In this document: positions 26,987 to 47,243 of the stretch, one piece after another
How the letters are laid out: each line of letters starts with the position of its first letter
Numbering within the stretch: the first letter of the stretch is position 1
DNA from: Escherichia phage PMBT57
Reading direction: 5' to 3' (one strand)
Length of the DNA: 64,000 nt
Sequence record: MG770228.1
Translations under genes and position numbers: made by a program
Notes under the pieces: model-generated
Seen by the model: the letters and a program-made list of their open reading frames with translations, nothing else
Told to the model about the DNA's origin: nothing
Database searches by the model: none

Positions 26987-28192
26987 TTACAGCGGAGCTA
27001 CAGTTTTAATAAGAGCCAGACGTTCTGGACGTTTAACCAGAATACCGTAGTACCATTTGATGCTGGAGAAGCCAGTTTCACCATATGGGTCATTACGGTC
27101 AGCAGTTTCTTTACCAGGCATCTTAGTCATAACGGTAAATTTAAGTGACTTACCGTCAGTCTGGAAGCCAATGGAGGTAAAGGAATCATCACCTACTACC
27201 AGCATTGGGTAAACGTCATAGTGCTCTTGGCCAGATACCATAGAGGTACGGTAACCAGGGTTAGCTCCAGTAGCCTGTGCACCAGCACCCGCCCAGTGCA
27301 GCATCTCTGGAACCTGAATGATACGGAACTTATCAATAGAACCGACTTCACCATTCATGATAGTACCTGCATCAGCATAGTGCTGAGTTTCGATAAAGGC
27401 TTTATTACCGAACAGGTCTTTCATTGCTTTCAGTTCTGGAACCAGTTCAGAACCTACATACATGACACGAGTAGCACCGATGACTTTAGTATCAATCATA
27501 CGGGAACCAGTGATGATGGTAGTCTGAGTAGGAGTACGGTTCTCCGTCAGAATCTGGTCAAGACGCATCAGGTTCTTATAAGAAACTACAGACGGGGTAG
27601 AACCTTCACCAGTGATGGTGGAATCAGAAGTAGCAGCACCAGCATACAGAACAGTACCAGCAGCAGCCAGCAGGTCTTTTTGCAGTACAGCTTCAGTAAT
27701 CTGAGTAGCACCATTCATCAGTTCACGGGACAGGTGTTCCATCAGGCCATCATCAGAATCGAAGTCAATAGATTCCTGAGTGAACTCATAGAAGAAGCCA
27801 AACTTGTGAATAGAACCTTCACGAGCAATACGAGTAAAGCCAACACGGTTAACTCGACCACCGTTTTCAGTCAGTAGAGGCAGTTTGGAGGTAATGTTAC
27901 CGATGTCTTTGCTGGAACCATACAGGTTACCGTTAACGATGGTAGCACCACTTGCATCAATACCCTGGTCATTGATGTTACGGTCATCCAGCAGAGGAAC
28001 ATATTCATATACCTTGATGGTCTTACCGTAATGCTTCGGCATGTTAGTTACAGAGGCCAGTGGCATGAAGTACTGCTCTTTACGGGCAGTGATGATTGCT
28101 TTCTTCAGCCAGAAGAAGGTTTGCATCTGGTCAGAGTTAGCACCATCAATACTAGATTTCTGACCGTCAGTAGGAGCGTTATAGTTCAACAT
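26987..28192 (-). CDS. gp56: major capsid protein
   Basis: 401 aa with an AAGGAA RBS. Position and size match N4 gp56. It follows the scaffold-like gene and is followed by a strong hairpin. Confidence 0.85.
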   Translation of the reverse strand: MLNYNAPTDGQKSSIDGANSDQMQTFFWLKKAIITARKEQYFMPLASVTNMPKHYGKTIKVYEYVPLLDDRNINDQGIDASGATIVNGNLYGSSKDIGNITSKLPLLTENGGRVNRVGFTRIAREGSIHKFGFFYEFTQESIDFDSDDGLMEHLSRELMNGATQITEAVLQKDLLAAAGTVLYAGAATSDSTITGEGSTPSVVSYKNLMRLDQILTENRTPTQTTIITGSRMIDTKVIGATRVMYVGSELVPELKAMKDLFGNKAFIETQHYADAGTIMNGEVGSIDKFRIIQVPEMLHWAGAGAQATGANPGYRTSMVSGQEHYDVYPMLVVGDDSFTSIGFQTDGKSLKFTVMTKMPGKETADRNDPYGETGFSSIKWYYGILVKRPERLALIKTVAPL

Positions 28193-28203
28193 GTCTCAAT
28201 TCC

Positions 28204-29421
28204 TTATAGGCCGTTCAGCCGAGGTAGTTTCATAAAGTCCTCGTCACTCATTGCAAGAGGATTAACAAGGACTTCTGTCTTACGCGGTGTAACCCGTGAT
28301 GGGGATGCCGCTGCTGCCTGTTGAGTATTAGTGATTTCAGACTTAGGAGTTGCAACACGAGTTGCTACTGGCTGAACCACTGGTTTAGGTTGTTCAACAG
28401 GTTTCTGCTTAATCAAATCATTAAAACCACCATTAGCAGCAAGGTAGTTACCGACTTGATTATAAGCATCCAGGAATGCTGTACCGATTGGGATTTGGCC
28501 TAAGATTTTGAGTCGTTCAATTTCAGAAACAATACGGTCGTAAATACCGTTAGCTTTCTGTTCAACGATGGTATTAACCAGACCACGGTTTTCCAGCAAT
28601 GCCTGTTTGCTGTGGTCATCCCACGTAGTCGAAATTAACTGAAGAGTAGCTTGTCCTTCTGGAGTGGATTTAGCATCTTCCAGTTCGGTTGCAAATGCTG
28701 CTTCAGCATCTGACACACGGTGATTACCAGCTTGGTATTTAACTTCCTCTTCCGGATTAATATCCAGAACATCAATACCAGATTCTTTAACCAACTTCTT
28801 AATAGCATCAGGATTCCCTTTAACTAAATCGATAGCATAAGAGAGTTGCCTTTCATCTAATAATCCGTTGTTTTCTAACATCAGGAGATACTTACGATAC
28901 GGCTGAATCTCCTGCATTTTACGGGTATAGTTAGCTCCCATTTGCATCAGGCTAATGACCTCTTCAGGACTCTGAGGAGTAATCATTTTGCCGTTAGCTT
29001 TAAACGGAGCCATTATCCGTTCATAACCAGCCTTATAGTCGAAGTCAGTTTTCTGGTCTGATACCTGCTTGTCTTCTTCTACTTTTGCTTGGCCTTGCTC
29101 AGTAGTAGAAGATGCATTATCAGTAGCAGGCTTACTGTTGCTGTCAACCTTATTTGGGTCAACTGTAGCACTATCATTACCAGTTGTGAATGCATCTGAA
29201 TTGCTTTCTGATTCAGAAGTATTTTCTACTTCAGTTGGTTCAGTAGTTACTTCTGTTTCATCAGTTTGTTCAACTTCAACAATTGGGTCTGGTTGTGCAG
29301 GAGTATTATTTTCTACCGGTTCCGGGTTGTTCTGAATGCTTGTTGGACCAGGCATGTTCAGAATCTCTTCATCCGACATTTTAAAAATGTCGGAAGCTGT
29401 TTTTGCAGCTTCCGTAGTCAT
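28204..29421 (-). CDS. scaffolding protein candidate (N4 gp57 position)
   Basis: 405 aa. Acidic, low-complexity N-terminal third and a helical remainder. It lies immediately upstream of the capsid gene. Confidence 0.6.
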   Translation of the reverse strand: MTTEAAKTASDIFKMSDEEILNMPGPTSIQNNPEPVENNTPAQPDPIVEVEQTDETEVTTEPTEVENTSESESNSDAFTTGNDSATVDPNKVDSNSKPATDNASSTTEQGQAKVEEDKQVSDQKTDFDYKAGYERIMAPFKANGKMITPQSPEEVISLMQMGANYTRKMQEIQPYRKYLLMLENNGLLDERQLSYAIDLVKGNPDAIKKLVKESGIDVLDINPEEEVKYQAGNHRVSDAEAAFATELEDAKSTPEGQATLQLISTTWDDHSKQALLENRGLVNTIVEQKANGIYDRIVSEIERLKILGQIPIGTAFLDAYNQVGNYLAANGGFNDLIKQKPVEQPKPVVQPVATRVATPKSEITNTQQAAAASPSRVTPRKTEVLVNPLAMSDEDFMKLPRLNGL

Positions 29422-29446
29422 GGGAGTATCTCCGAGTTAGGATTAA

Positions 29447-29794
29447 TTAAACTTCTTCAGGTTCACCACGAGCAACATCCAATGCATTCTCAATATCTGA
29501 TTGGACACCTACCAGTGTTTCTGCTTTCTGAAGAGTAATTTCCAGATAACGTTTTAAACAACCAGCAGCTTGAGCCATAGCAAGAGCATCAGCACGTTGA
29601 CGGTCTTCAAGTAATGGGTCACAGGATTCTTGTACATAACGAGCACAGTCTACAGTACAGAATTGCTCAAGAATTACTTTACGGAAAAGGGAATTACCCA
29701 TCAGCTTACGAACATCTTCTGCATAAGCACGAGCAGCTTTAATACCCTTCAGTTGGTGTTCCAGTCCTTCAATTTCTTTTTCTTTGCTGTACAT
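29447..29794 (-). CDS. hypothetical late protein (N4 gp58 position)
   Basis: 115 aa, between the portal and scaffold genes. Confidence 0.75.
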   Translation of the reverse strand: MYSKEKEIEGLEHQLKGIKAARAYAEDVRKLMGNSLFRKVILEQFCTVDCARYVQESCDPLLEDRQRADALAMAQAAGCLKRYLEITLQKAETLVGVQSDIENALDVARGEPEEV

Positions 29795-29796
29795 AA

Positions 29797-32580
<2,784 letters not shown>

Positions 32581-32600
<20 letters not shown>

Positions 32601-33207
32601 TACACCTCTCCAGAGGGACATTACCAATACGATTAGCAATCCATCCTGTAGTGTACTCAGGCATATTAAGAGATAAATAGTAGTTTAACTGTTTACCATC
32701 TAGAGACTTCAAAATGAGCTTACAGGCTTCTACTTTGCCTCGTTTATTCTGAAGGCTTTTATATGCACTTAGAGTTCCAGAACCGACTTTACCATCAACT
32801 TGTATTTTAGGGTAGTCTTTGCCATTTCTGGAGAAAGCATTAAGAGATTCTTGTAACCAACGAGATGGTCTTGCAGGTCCAGTATTAACACCAGCATCTA
32901 CTAGTTTTTCTGTTACCGCTGGTGATACATCTGCAAACTTAACAAAGCCAGGCTTCAAGATGTAATCGTTGTAATAAATACTTGATGCCATTTCCTGAGT
33001 TAAGTTCTTCATTGAACCATCCCAGTTATACATCGACTCTAGTTCTTGCTTATGCTTTTGAGCAACCTGAATAGTTACACCATGATTAGTTTCACCTCCT
33101 GGGTCTTTGGGGTCATTAACGTATCCACCCTCAACAGCAAATACAGCAGCAATGATTGCTGCAATAACCCCTCCAACACCGCCAACCTTCTTCTTACTTA
33201 TTGCCAC
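32581..33207 (-). CDS. gp61: N-acetylmuramidase endolysin (GH108 plus PG_binding_3-type), with an N-terminal signal-anchor-like helix
   Basis: GTG start with an AGGAGG RBS 6 nt upstream. EGGYVNDPKDPGGETNHGVT is the GH108 hallmark. The N-terminus GGVGGVIAAIIAAVFAV is a Gly/Ala-rich, SAR-like TM. Confidence 0.9.
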
Positions 33208-33457
33208 ACCAATCCTCCTTTGGTTTCAAACGAACCAGTCGGCAAATAATATTCAGCACAAAGAGTGCTATAGCAATGTTATTGCCATGTGGAATATCTT
33301 TGAGGATATGTTGGGGTAATGCAGAGAAAGAACTGGATAAGACATCCACACAAGAGAAGAACAATATTGCTAATGTGCTAATCTGAATAGATGCCCATTT
33401 CCAACAACGTTTCCAATTAGGAACCATTTCCACATGTTTGGTTAACTTGCGAACCAT
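33194..33457 (-). CDS. holin candidate (two TM; N4 gp62 position)
   Basis: 87 aa from the ATG at 33457 (GGGAGA RBS). Hydrophobic segments WASIQISTLAILFFSCV and IAIALFVLNIICRLV, with a charged C-terminus. It overlaps the genes on both sides. Confidence 0.6.
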   Translation of the reverse strand: MVRKLTKHVEMVPNWKRCWKWASIQISTLAILFFSCVDVLSSSFSALPQHILKDIPHGNNIAIALFVLNIICRLVRLKPKEDWCGNK

Positions 33458-33774
33458 GCAAAAATCTCCCGTCTGGCAGCAGCCAGTATACCAATAATGA
33501 TACCCGCTCCAGCCCATACCCATTTACCAAACAATCCAGCACCAACAACTTTGTGTTTGATGGTAATGAACTCTTCAATAGTAGGGGCAGACTCAGCCAG
33601 AGACTTTTCTACATTCTCTAGTCGAGTGTCCATCTTATTAATAGACAGTTGAAGGTTACGTACAGCATCATCTAAATCTTGCCGAGATTTAGCATCACGG
33701 GCATTATTTTCGAAGAGTGTCTTCATACGTTCCTCCATTCGAGCTAGGAGCACCTCTACGGATTCATGACTCAT
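33442..33774 (-). CDS. lysis-cassette membrane protein (coiled coil plus C-terminal TM; N4 gp63 position)
   Basis: 110 aa. The C-terminal segment is GLFGKWVWAGAGIIIGILAAA. It is the first gene after a terminator and is coupled to the holin-like gene. Confidence 0.6.
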   Translation of the reverse strand: MSHESVEVLLARMEERMKTLFENNARDAKSRQDLDDAVRNLQLSINKMDTRLENVEKSLAESAPTIEEFITIKHKVVGAGLFGKWVWAGAGIIIGILAAARREIFAWFAS

Positions 33775-33788
33775 GCTAAATCCTTATT

Positions 33789-33811
33789 GAAAAAGCCGGG
33801 GATACCCGGCT
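33789..33811 (-). terminator. intrinsic terminator after gp64 (minus strand)
   Basis: The minus strand reads GCCGGG-TATC-CCCGGC followed by TTTTT. Confidence 0.75.
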
Positions 33812-33877
33812 CTGTTAGTCCTAATGAACAGAGAGTGTGTTTATACACCCGTCAAATAGTACCGATATTTACTAGTA

Positions 33878-35134
<1,257 letters not shown>

Positions 35135-35163
35135 TTAATACCCCCATTGCTGGGGGTTCCTTG

Positions 35164-41737
<6,574 letters not shown>

Positions 41738-43330
41738 TCACACGATATATGAAGAGAGTGGGTTAACACTTCCAGTATCATCACCATCATCCCACAATGG
41801 GTCACCTGATGTATTAACTGGAACCATACCTGCTTGTGGTTTCCACGGGTTCAGGTAGCCAAGCATTGAAATGGTATCAATACAGTCATCCTTACCTTTA
41901 AGACCATTGATAGTGGCTAAACGAATTTGCCCCATAAAGAGTGTCATGATTGGGCTATCTTTCATCTCAGCAGGAAAATACATCTTACCAGCTTTGAACC
42001 AGGGAACCACGAGGTTAAACCTTGATAGCTTACTGGTTACAGGATGAATACCCGGTTGGCCTCCACGACTGGATGCAAAGTTAAAGAACACATTACGGTT
42101 AAGCATTTCCTTCTGAAGAAGAGAAATAAAACCACCTTGCTGTCCGGTAGTTTCTACACCAACTTGTTGTGGTTGGTATTCCTGAACCAGACGGAATAAG
42201 TCATCAAAGTTCTTATCCATAGTTTGACGGCAAGCAATACCATCTACCCAGAACCAGTCACCGTTAGAACCATATGCCCATACTGATATTACAGAGTAAT
42301 CAGATACCTGCTTCTCGCTGGTAGCAAAGTCAGTGGTGATATAGAAGTTATAACAAGAACGTAGACGTAATAGCTGCGTACGGGAATACCATTTAATCTC
42401 TGAATCTTGAATCAGACGTTCATCTTCAGAGCTGATACGTAACATCAATTCCTGATAAAAGGATGCCAGCTTACCTGTCTTCAATGCCATCTGGTATTGG
42501 TCATTGATGTAGTCATAGGAGAAACGGTCTTCCCAAGCACCTTGAAATTCTTCTCGCGTACATGGGAATTTCTCACATACAGGCCATACGTTGACATCCC
42601 AAGCACCAGATTCAACTGCTTCAATAAGAATGTCTTCCTTATTAAAGGGAGTACCATTAAATATTACCTTGCGTCTTGTTGGGTCAAGAGCATGGTTCAC
42701 GCCCTTATATACCGTGTCTTTAATGGCCTCCATTGATGTACGTGAGCGAGCATCATCATCGCTAACTAAGTCATCCAGTACACAAAGAACGGGACGTTTA
42801 CCAAAAATCTTAGTACCACGAAGACCTGTCTTAGCACCGAACATCTTCACACCAAGACGGTGACCTTCAGCATTTACAAACTCAAGGTAGTTATCTGTGA
42901 AGGTAGCTTTAGGAATCCATTGTTGCAGGAATGGTGAATTGTTGTATCGAAACTCAATGTTCTTACGGGCAGACTTAACACCGTTATCCATAGAGTCAGA
43001 TACATAAATCATTCCTTCTACTTTACCCAAGCTAGGTAGATGCCCAAACACTGCTAAGAACAAAGTAAAGTATTCCATGAACAGAGTTGTCTTTGCTGCA
43101 CCACGGAAACATAAGTTAGCAATGTACTGATTCCTACTGGTTATCTTATCCAGCATCTTTAAGTGAACAGGAGGGGTTTTGTTTGATTCCCCCTCCTTAC
43201 CATTAACCAGCTTAATAAAGTTAGCAAAGGTCAGTGCAAACTCGGTTGGTATATACGTAGGGGTATTCAGAACGGAATAGTCCACTTGGTCTAGCCATTC
43301 ATCCAACTCCTGTTTAATTAGTTCAGACAT
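41738..43330 (-). CDS. gp68: terminase large subunit
   Basis: I prefer the start MSELIKQ at 43330 (GAGGAT RBS, ATGTCTGA overlap with the upstream stop); the track's start at 43372 remains possible. Shows an ATPase-like GAAKTT and a nuclease-type C-terminal half. Confidence 0.8.
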   Translation of the reverse strand: MSELIKQELDEWLDQVDYSVLNTPTYIPTEFALTFANFIKLVNGKEGESNKTPPVHLKMLDKITSRNQYIANLCFRGAAKTTLFMEYFTLFLAVFGHLPSLGKVEGMIYVSDSMDNGVKSARKNIEFRYNNSPFLQQWIPKATFTDNYLEFVNAEGHRLGVKMFGAKTGLRGTKIFGKRPVLCVLDDLVSDDDARSRTSMEAIKDTVYKGVNHALDPTRRKVIFNGTPFNKEDILIEAVESGAWDVNVWPVCEKFPCTREEFQGAWEDRFSYDYINDQYQMALKTGKLASFYQELMLRISSEDERLIQDSEIKWYSRTQLLRLRSCYNFYITTDFATSEKQVSDYSVISVWAYGSNGDWFWVDGIACRQTMDKNFDDLFRLVQEYQPQQVGVETTGQQGGFISLLQKEMLNRNVFFNFASSRGGQPGIHPVTSKLSRFNLVVPWFKAGKMYFPAEMKDSPIMTLFMGQIRLATINGLKGKDDCIDTISMLGYLNPWKPQAGMVPVNTSGDPLWDDGDDTGSVNPLSSYIV

Positions 43331-44015
43331 CAATAATATCCTCGTCTTCTCGAACCAGTGTGGAACCTGCAATTACTTTAGTAGGTGTACCAGCTTCAAT
43401 AGCTGCTTTCTGAGCTTCAGCCAACTGGGTTAGTGTGTTCTTGAGTTCAGTCAATCCAGAGTTTTCTCTCAAATCCAGATTGATATTAGTAACAGCATCC
43501 TTCGGTTTCTGGAGGTGAGTAAGGATAGAGTTGGCAGCATCACACTGTACCTTCTCACTGGTAGCATTCTTCATGAGCCATGCCTGATGGTTCAATGCTT
43601 CCTGAAACAAATCCTGATTAACAATCCATACTGGAATCAGTGATTGTTCCATAATGAGGTTTACTAACTTACCTCTATGGTAAGCAGATACATAAGCAGA
43701 GATGTCCTTCTCACTGGTTCCCCTTGCTACTAATTCAGCTTGTCTGTTGGGGAATGTTTTGAAGTAAGCATCTTTGTTGCTATACCCCATGTGTTTGTAA
43801 GTAACATATTGAACAGCATTAAGATAATCCTGGGTCTTAAACTTCCCATCCTTCATCACCCCAGCATAAGTCACAAAGTTATTTCTAATTTGCTCTGCTG
43901 CTGTCTGGTCTTGGGTCACATTGTTAATCATGTTTACCAGTTGGTCAGTAACACTGCTTTTAAACTGGGGAGGCAATGCAGAAACAATGTCTTTCTTCGT
44001 CAGTAGTGTGCTCAT
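43323..44015 (-). CDS. terminase small subunit candidate (N4 gp69 position)
   Basis: 230 aa with an AGGAAG RBS. It is the first gene of the leftward late operon and is coupled to the large terminase. Confidence 0.55.
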   Translation of the reverse strand: MSTLLTKKDIVSALPPQFKSSVTDQLVNMINNVTQDQTAAEQIRNNFVTYAGVMKDGKFKTQDYLNAVQYVTYKHMGYSNKDAYFKTFPNRQAELVARGTSEKDISAYVSAYHRGKLVNLIMEQSLIPVWIVNQDLFQEALNHQAWLMKNATSEKVQCDAANSILTHLQKPKDAVTNINLDLRENSGLTELKNTLTQLAEAQKAAIEAGTPTKVIAGSTLVREDEDIIDV

Positions 44016-44142
44016 AGTCTTCCTACAAATTATCTAGAGTGAAGAGGATTCTTTTCTTGGGGTTAGCACCCCTTGCAGAAACCTATACATAGATTTAGAC
44101 TTTAGACTTTCTTTAGTCTCCTTACAATAGTAAGACAGAGAC

Positions 44143-44484
44143 ATGGGGAGCCTATTGCCCAAAGGAACCAGTAACATGAGACTATTCTATAGTTTTGACG
44201 GTAATGACCAATGGAATGAGATAGACTTCAGTAAAATAGGTGGAGCTATCCCAGTTGGAGGGGCTATACCAGGTGACCATATCTTATGTCACGATGAGGA
44301 GTCTTTCCATTACATCTCCGGTATGATGTTAATCAATAACGTCACTGGGTTTACTGTCCATAAACCTGCACCAGTACGTGTCATTACCAAGCCTATTGAG
44401 GGTCTTGCATTCTTTACAAGAATACCTCAAAGTATCTCTATCAAACGACAGCGTGACGCCATCGAGATGACCGTGGTTGCTTGA
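44143..44484 (+). CDS. hypothetical protein (N4 gp70 position)
   Basis: 113-aa ORF. An alternative ATG at 44176 (MRLFYSF) has an AAGGA RBS. Divergent from the late operon. Confidence 0.55.
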   Translation: MGSLLPKGTSNMRLFYSFDGNDQWNEIDFSKIGGAIPVGGAIPGDHILCHDEESFHYISGMMLINNVTGFTVHKPAPVRVITKPIEGLAFFTRIPQSISIKRQRDAIEMTVVA

Positions 44485-44647
44485 TAAGCCATTGCCCGCC
44501 CAGGAGTTGGTGGCGGGAAACAGGGAACTGTTTGAATAACCACTCCAGCTACATTCACCCATCTCCAAGACACCTTTGTTATCTGCCATTGGGTGATGAG
44601 TAGTATCAGAGAGAACTGATTTAACAAACACACTCGGTATAGGAATT

Positions 44648-44675
44648 GGGAGCCATTTGGCTCCCTTTTTCTTTT
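44648..44675 (+). terminator. intrinsic terminator
   Basis: GGGAGCC-ATTT-GGCTCCC followed by TTTTTCTTTT. Confidence 0.7.
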
Positions 44676-44694
44676 ATGAACCAAGGAGTTCTAT

Positions 44695-45060
44695 ATGAAC
44701 ATTCGTCCTAATGAAGTTTATGGTATCAACCTAGAATACACTACAAACAAACCTGCTCTATTTCACTGCGGTTCCACCAATCTATTCCATGCTATGTGTG
44801 GTAATACCAAACCTCTTTACTTACCCGAATCGGATGATACCCATGCCCTACTAGGTAACTGGTTCTTAGAAGGTAAAGACATTAGTACCATTCTTCTCGA
44901 ACCAAGGAAGAAAGTAGCAATACCTACTAATGCATGGAATAACGAAGTCATTTACTTCCTAGCACCAGAAGGCTTTGAACCAGTGATAGAACAGAATCAC
45001 TTTAATCATGCAGTTACTTTCTACTTCAGAGAGACTTCAAAGTTATCTGCTTATAAATAA
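44695..45060 (+). CDS. hypothetical protein (N4 gp71 position)
   Basis: 121 aa with a strong AAGGAG RBS 7 nt upstream. Confidence 0.75.
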   Translation: MNIRPNEVYGINLEYTTNKPALFHCGSTNLFHAMCGNTKPLYLPESDDTHALLGNWFLEGKDISTILLEPRKKVAIPTNAWNNEVIYFLAPEGFEPVIEQNHFNHAVTFYFRETSKLSAYK

Positions 45061-45068
45061 GGAAAGCT

Positions 45069-45197
45069 ATGTGGTATATAACAGTTAAAGGTTTATCCGA
45101 ACCAGTGATGATAGATAGCCTGGCATTCGTAGAAGTAGGTCATCCTATTCTTATAGAAGGTAAGTTGTATGAAGTTGTTAGTATTTATAAGAGATAA
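45069..45197 (+). CDS. small hypothetical protein, 42 aa (N4 gp72 position)
   Basis: Hand-translated as MWYITVKGLSEPVMIDSLAFVEVGHPILIEGKLYEVVSIYKR, with an AAGGAAA RBS. Counting it brings the total to the 72 genes known for N4. Confidence 0.45.
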   Translation: MWYITVKGLSEPVMIDSLAFVEVGHPILIEGKLYEVVSIYKR

Positions 45198-45363
45198 ATA
45201 GGAAGTCTATTAGATAGATACCTTATAATTTTTTCTTAGTGAAAATAGTCATAGTTACTTATGAGTTCAGTATTTGGTGGGGCTACACCCCTTACACCAT
45301 AAGCACCCCCCCCCTGTCTTTACTAGTGTAGCCTTAGCCTACCCCACCTTGTACACGTTACAC

Positions 45364-45376
45364 GTTGCTTCGCAAC
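45364..45376 (+). promoter_or_regulatory. vRNAP early hairpin promoter (P1-like)
   Basis: GTTGC-TTC-GCAAC is a 5-bp stem with a 3-nt loop (the template strand forms GTTGC-GAA-GCAAC), followed by TTATGG. The predicted +1 is G45381, 11 nt from the loop centre. Confidence 0.8.
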
Positions 45377-45427
45377 TTATGGACATGTTGTCCGTATCTT
45401 ATCAATCAACTATTGGAGACTAATACT

Positions 45428-45754
45428 ATGACTACTCAGGCTAACGTTCGTATGACTGTAGGAACTCTGTTGGGTACTGTTAACGAAGCAGCAACTACTG
45501 TAGCTGATACATTCGGTACTGCTACTAAAGCAGTAGGTATGCTTAATCGTTATGTAACTAAACAAGCAGATAAACAAATCATTCGTGACAAATTAGAAAT
45601 GCATGAGTTTACCAATAAACTTATTGAAGAAACTGCAATGCAAGAAGCTATTCGTCAGAAACAAATCTTAGACTTCTGCAAAGATGAACAAAACAAAGAA
45701 TTGTTCTCTAATGCCTATGACCGTCTTAGCAAAATCTTAGCAGACTCTAAATAA
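45428..45754 (+). CDS. early protein (N4 gene 1 position)
   Basis: 108 aa from the ATG at 45428 (GGAGA RBS). The track's TTG start at 45365 lies inside or upstream of the promoter hairpin and is rejected. Confidence 0.75.
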   Translation: MTTQANVRMTVGTLLGTVNEAATTVADTFGTATKAVGMLNRYVTKQADKQIIRDKLEMHEFTNKLIEETAMQEAIRQKQILDFCKDEQNKELFSNAYDRLSKILADSK

Positions 45755-45766
45755 CAACAAACAAAT

Positions 45767-45790
45767 GGAGGCTCCTCGGAGTCTCCTTTT
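45767..45790 (+). terminator. hairpin terminator after early gene 1
   Basis: GGAGGCTCC..GGAGTCTCC imperfect stem followed by TTTT. Confidence 0.6.
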
Positions 45791-45830
45791 ACATAGAACC
45801 GATAGTTCAATAACTATCTACTTTAAAGAT

Positions 45831-45847
45831 AAGAAGCTCCGCTTCTT
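45831..45847 (+). promoter_or_regulatory. vRNAP early hairpin promoter (P2-like)
   Basis: AAGAAGC-TCC-GCTTCTT. The template strand reads GAAGC-GGA-GCTTC, the hairpin I recall from N4 P2 structural work. It is followed by TTTTGG, with predicted +1 at G45850. Confidence 0.85.
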
Positions 45848-45958
45848 TTGGATGAAGTAATGCATCCAATCCTGTATGAAATCTTAACCTTTTGTCTGGG
45901 ATTACTTACCGACAAAGTAGTCTCAACTAATCAAAATCAACTATCTGGAGAGTACAAA

Positions 45959-46345
45959 ATGGCTATCACTACTTTTGCTAAAACCTTTGGTCAGACTTCT
46001 ACTAAAACTGAATCCAACAATGGTTCTCGCCCGAAAGCTCAGTTCTGGATTAACGTTGGCTACGTAGCTAATGAAGGCACTGAAGATGAACGTTTCATCT
46101 CTCTGCCTACTGGTATTCCACTGGATACTCAGGAGCATCTGCCAACCAATTCCTCTAACGAAGACTTCCGTGCAATGCGTTGTGCACAGAACGATTTGTT
46201 AGACCAACTGATGGAATTTGCTAAGACTCTGGAACCGGGTCAAGAAGGAGTTATCTCCTTGCAAGTTCAACTTCGTCGAGTTAAAGAAGAAGCTCCTGCT
46301 ATCTCAGCAAGTGAGAATAAATATGCTCGTAAACTGACTTTCTAA
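45959..46345 (+). CDS. early protein at the N4 gene 2 position (gene 2 encodes the RNAP II cofactor in N4)
   Basis: 128 aa from the ATG at 45959 (GGAGAG RBS). The track's start at 45848 precedes the predicted transcription start. The functional assignment rests on gene order only. Confidence 0.65.
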   Translation: MAITTFAKTFGQTSTKTESNNGSRPKAQFWINVGYVANEGTEDERFISLPTGIPLDTQEHLPTNSSNEDFRAMRCAQNDLLDQLMEFAKTLEPGQEGVISLQVQLRRVKEEAPAISASENKYARKLTF

Positions 46346-46352
46346 TCTCTAT

Positions 46353-46378
46353 AGGACTACCTTCGGGTAGTCCTTTTT
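46353..46378 (+). terminator. intrinsic terminator
   Basis: AGGACTACC-TTCG-GGTAGTCCT followed by TTTTT. Confidence 0.85.
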
Positions 46379-46487
46379 AATTTTAACTATCTAAATACTA
46401 AAGTAGAGATTTTGACCCTTTTCGACGAAGGGATACTAAAAAGTAATGGATAGTTTGAGCAGATGTTTTAGAAGAAGGAGTATACAG

Positions 46488-46802
46488 ATGCATCCTCTTA
46501 TAAAACGATTCCTGATGGACTATCAGGAGTGGTTAGATAATGGAGCCAGTGAACCTCATTACCTGTTTGATAGGGGTAGTGGACTGTGTGTTCAACTAGG
46601 CAAGTATCTTAGAAGACAGCCAATCAGTGAAGAAACAGTAGATGCTCTGTGTAAGAGCTTTACTCATTTACTTCCTGATAATGATACCAATCTACCATTC
46701 AATGTAGATGTTCTCGACTACATGATGGAATGTTCTGATGGAAGATGTCATCTGAACCAAAGTCGAATTAATTGGATTAAGAGTCAGTTGGAGAGTAAGT
46801 AA
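46488..46802 (+). CDS. early hypothetical protein
   Basis: 104 aa from the ATG at 46488, with an AAGGAG RBS 7 nt upstream. Confidence 0.7.
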   Translation: MHPLIKRFLMDYQEWLDNGASEPHYLFDRGSGLCVQLGKYLRRQPISEETVDALCKSFTHLLPDNDTNLPFNVDVLDYMMECSDGRCHLNQSRINWIKSQLESK

Positions 46803-46805
46803 ATT

Positions 46806-47243
46806 ATGTCATATGAAATTGTAAAACATTGGACTTCTAAGGCTGGGCTGAAAGCTTGGGTATTGCTGGTAAATGGTGGTAGTCATCATTGTGGTTACGT
46901 AGAAATACCTGAAGCATTACTGGATAAAAACTTCTATGACTATATCTGTGATGATGAAGAAACACTTCATATTGCAGTACATGGTGGAGTTACCTATCAA
47001 GGTGTTCCTCAGTGGGCTGATGGGATTAAAGTCATAGGTTATGACTGTGCTCATGCAGGGGATAAACTGAAATGTCCTAAACAATTCATTGGCTCTCTTA
47101 GGGAGAGACTCTATGAGGATTCTTATGGAGTATGGCGAGATGAAGAATACTGCATCAATGAATGTGAAAGCATGGCAGACCAGTTAATTAACCTGATACC
47201 AAAATTAGGGTTTAACGATGAAATTCAGAACAGTAATGGTTAA
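46806..47243 (+). CDS. early hypothetical protein with His/Asp-rich motifs
   Basis: 145 aa. The motifs GGSHHCGYVEIP, VHGGVTYQG and IGYDCAHAGD suggest a metal site; the family was not recognised. Confidence 0.75.
   Translation: MSYEIVKHWTSKAGLKAWVLLVNGGSHHCGYVEIPEALLDKNFYDYICDDEETLHIAVHGGVTYQGVPQWADGIKVIGYDCAHAGDKLKCPKQFIGSLRERLYEDSYGVWRDEEYCINECESMADQLINLIPKLGFNDEIQNSNG

Noticed and set aside
27221-27877. 218-aa ORF antisense to the major capsid gene
   Set aside because: Shadow ORF opposite a highly expressed gene. The product is Ser/Thr-rich low-complexity sequence, and the ORF has no RBS.
44329-44684. Minus-strand ORFs of 100 and 85 aa in the right-end region
   Set aside because: They overlap the plus-strand gp70-position ORF and a plus-strand terminator. 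They have no RBS, and the gene count is already satisfied. Confidence in the whole 44.1-44.7 kb region is only moderate.
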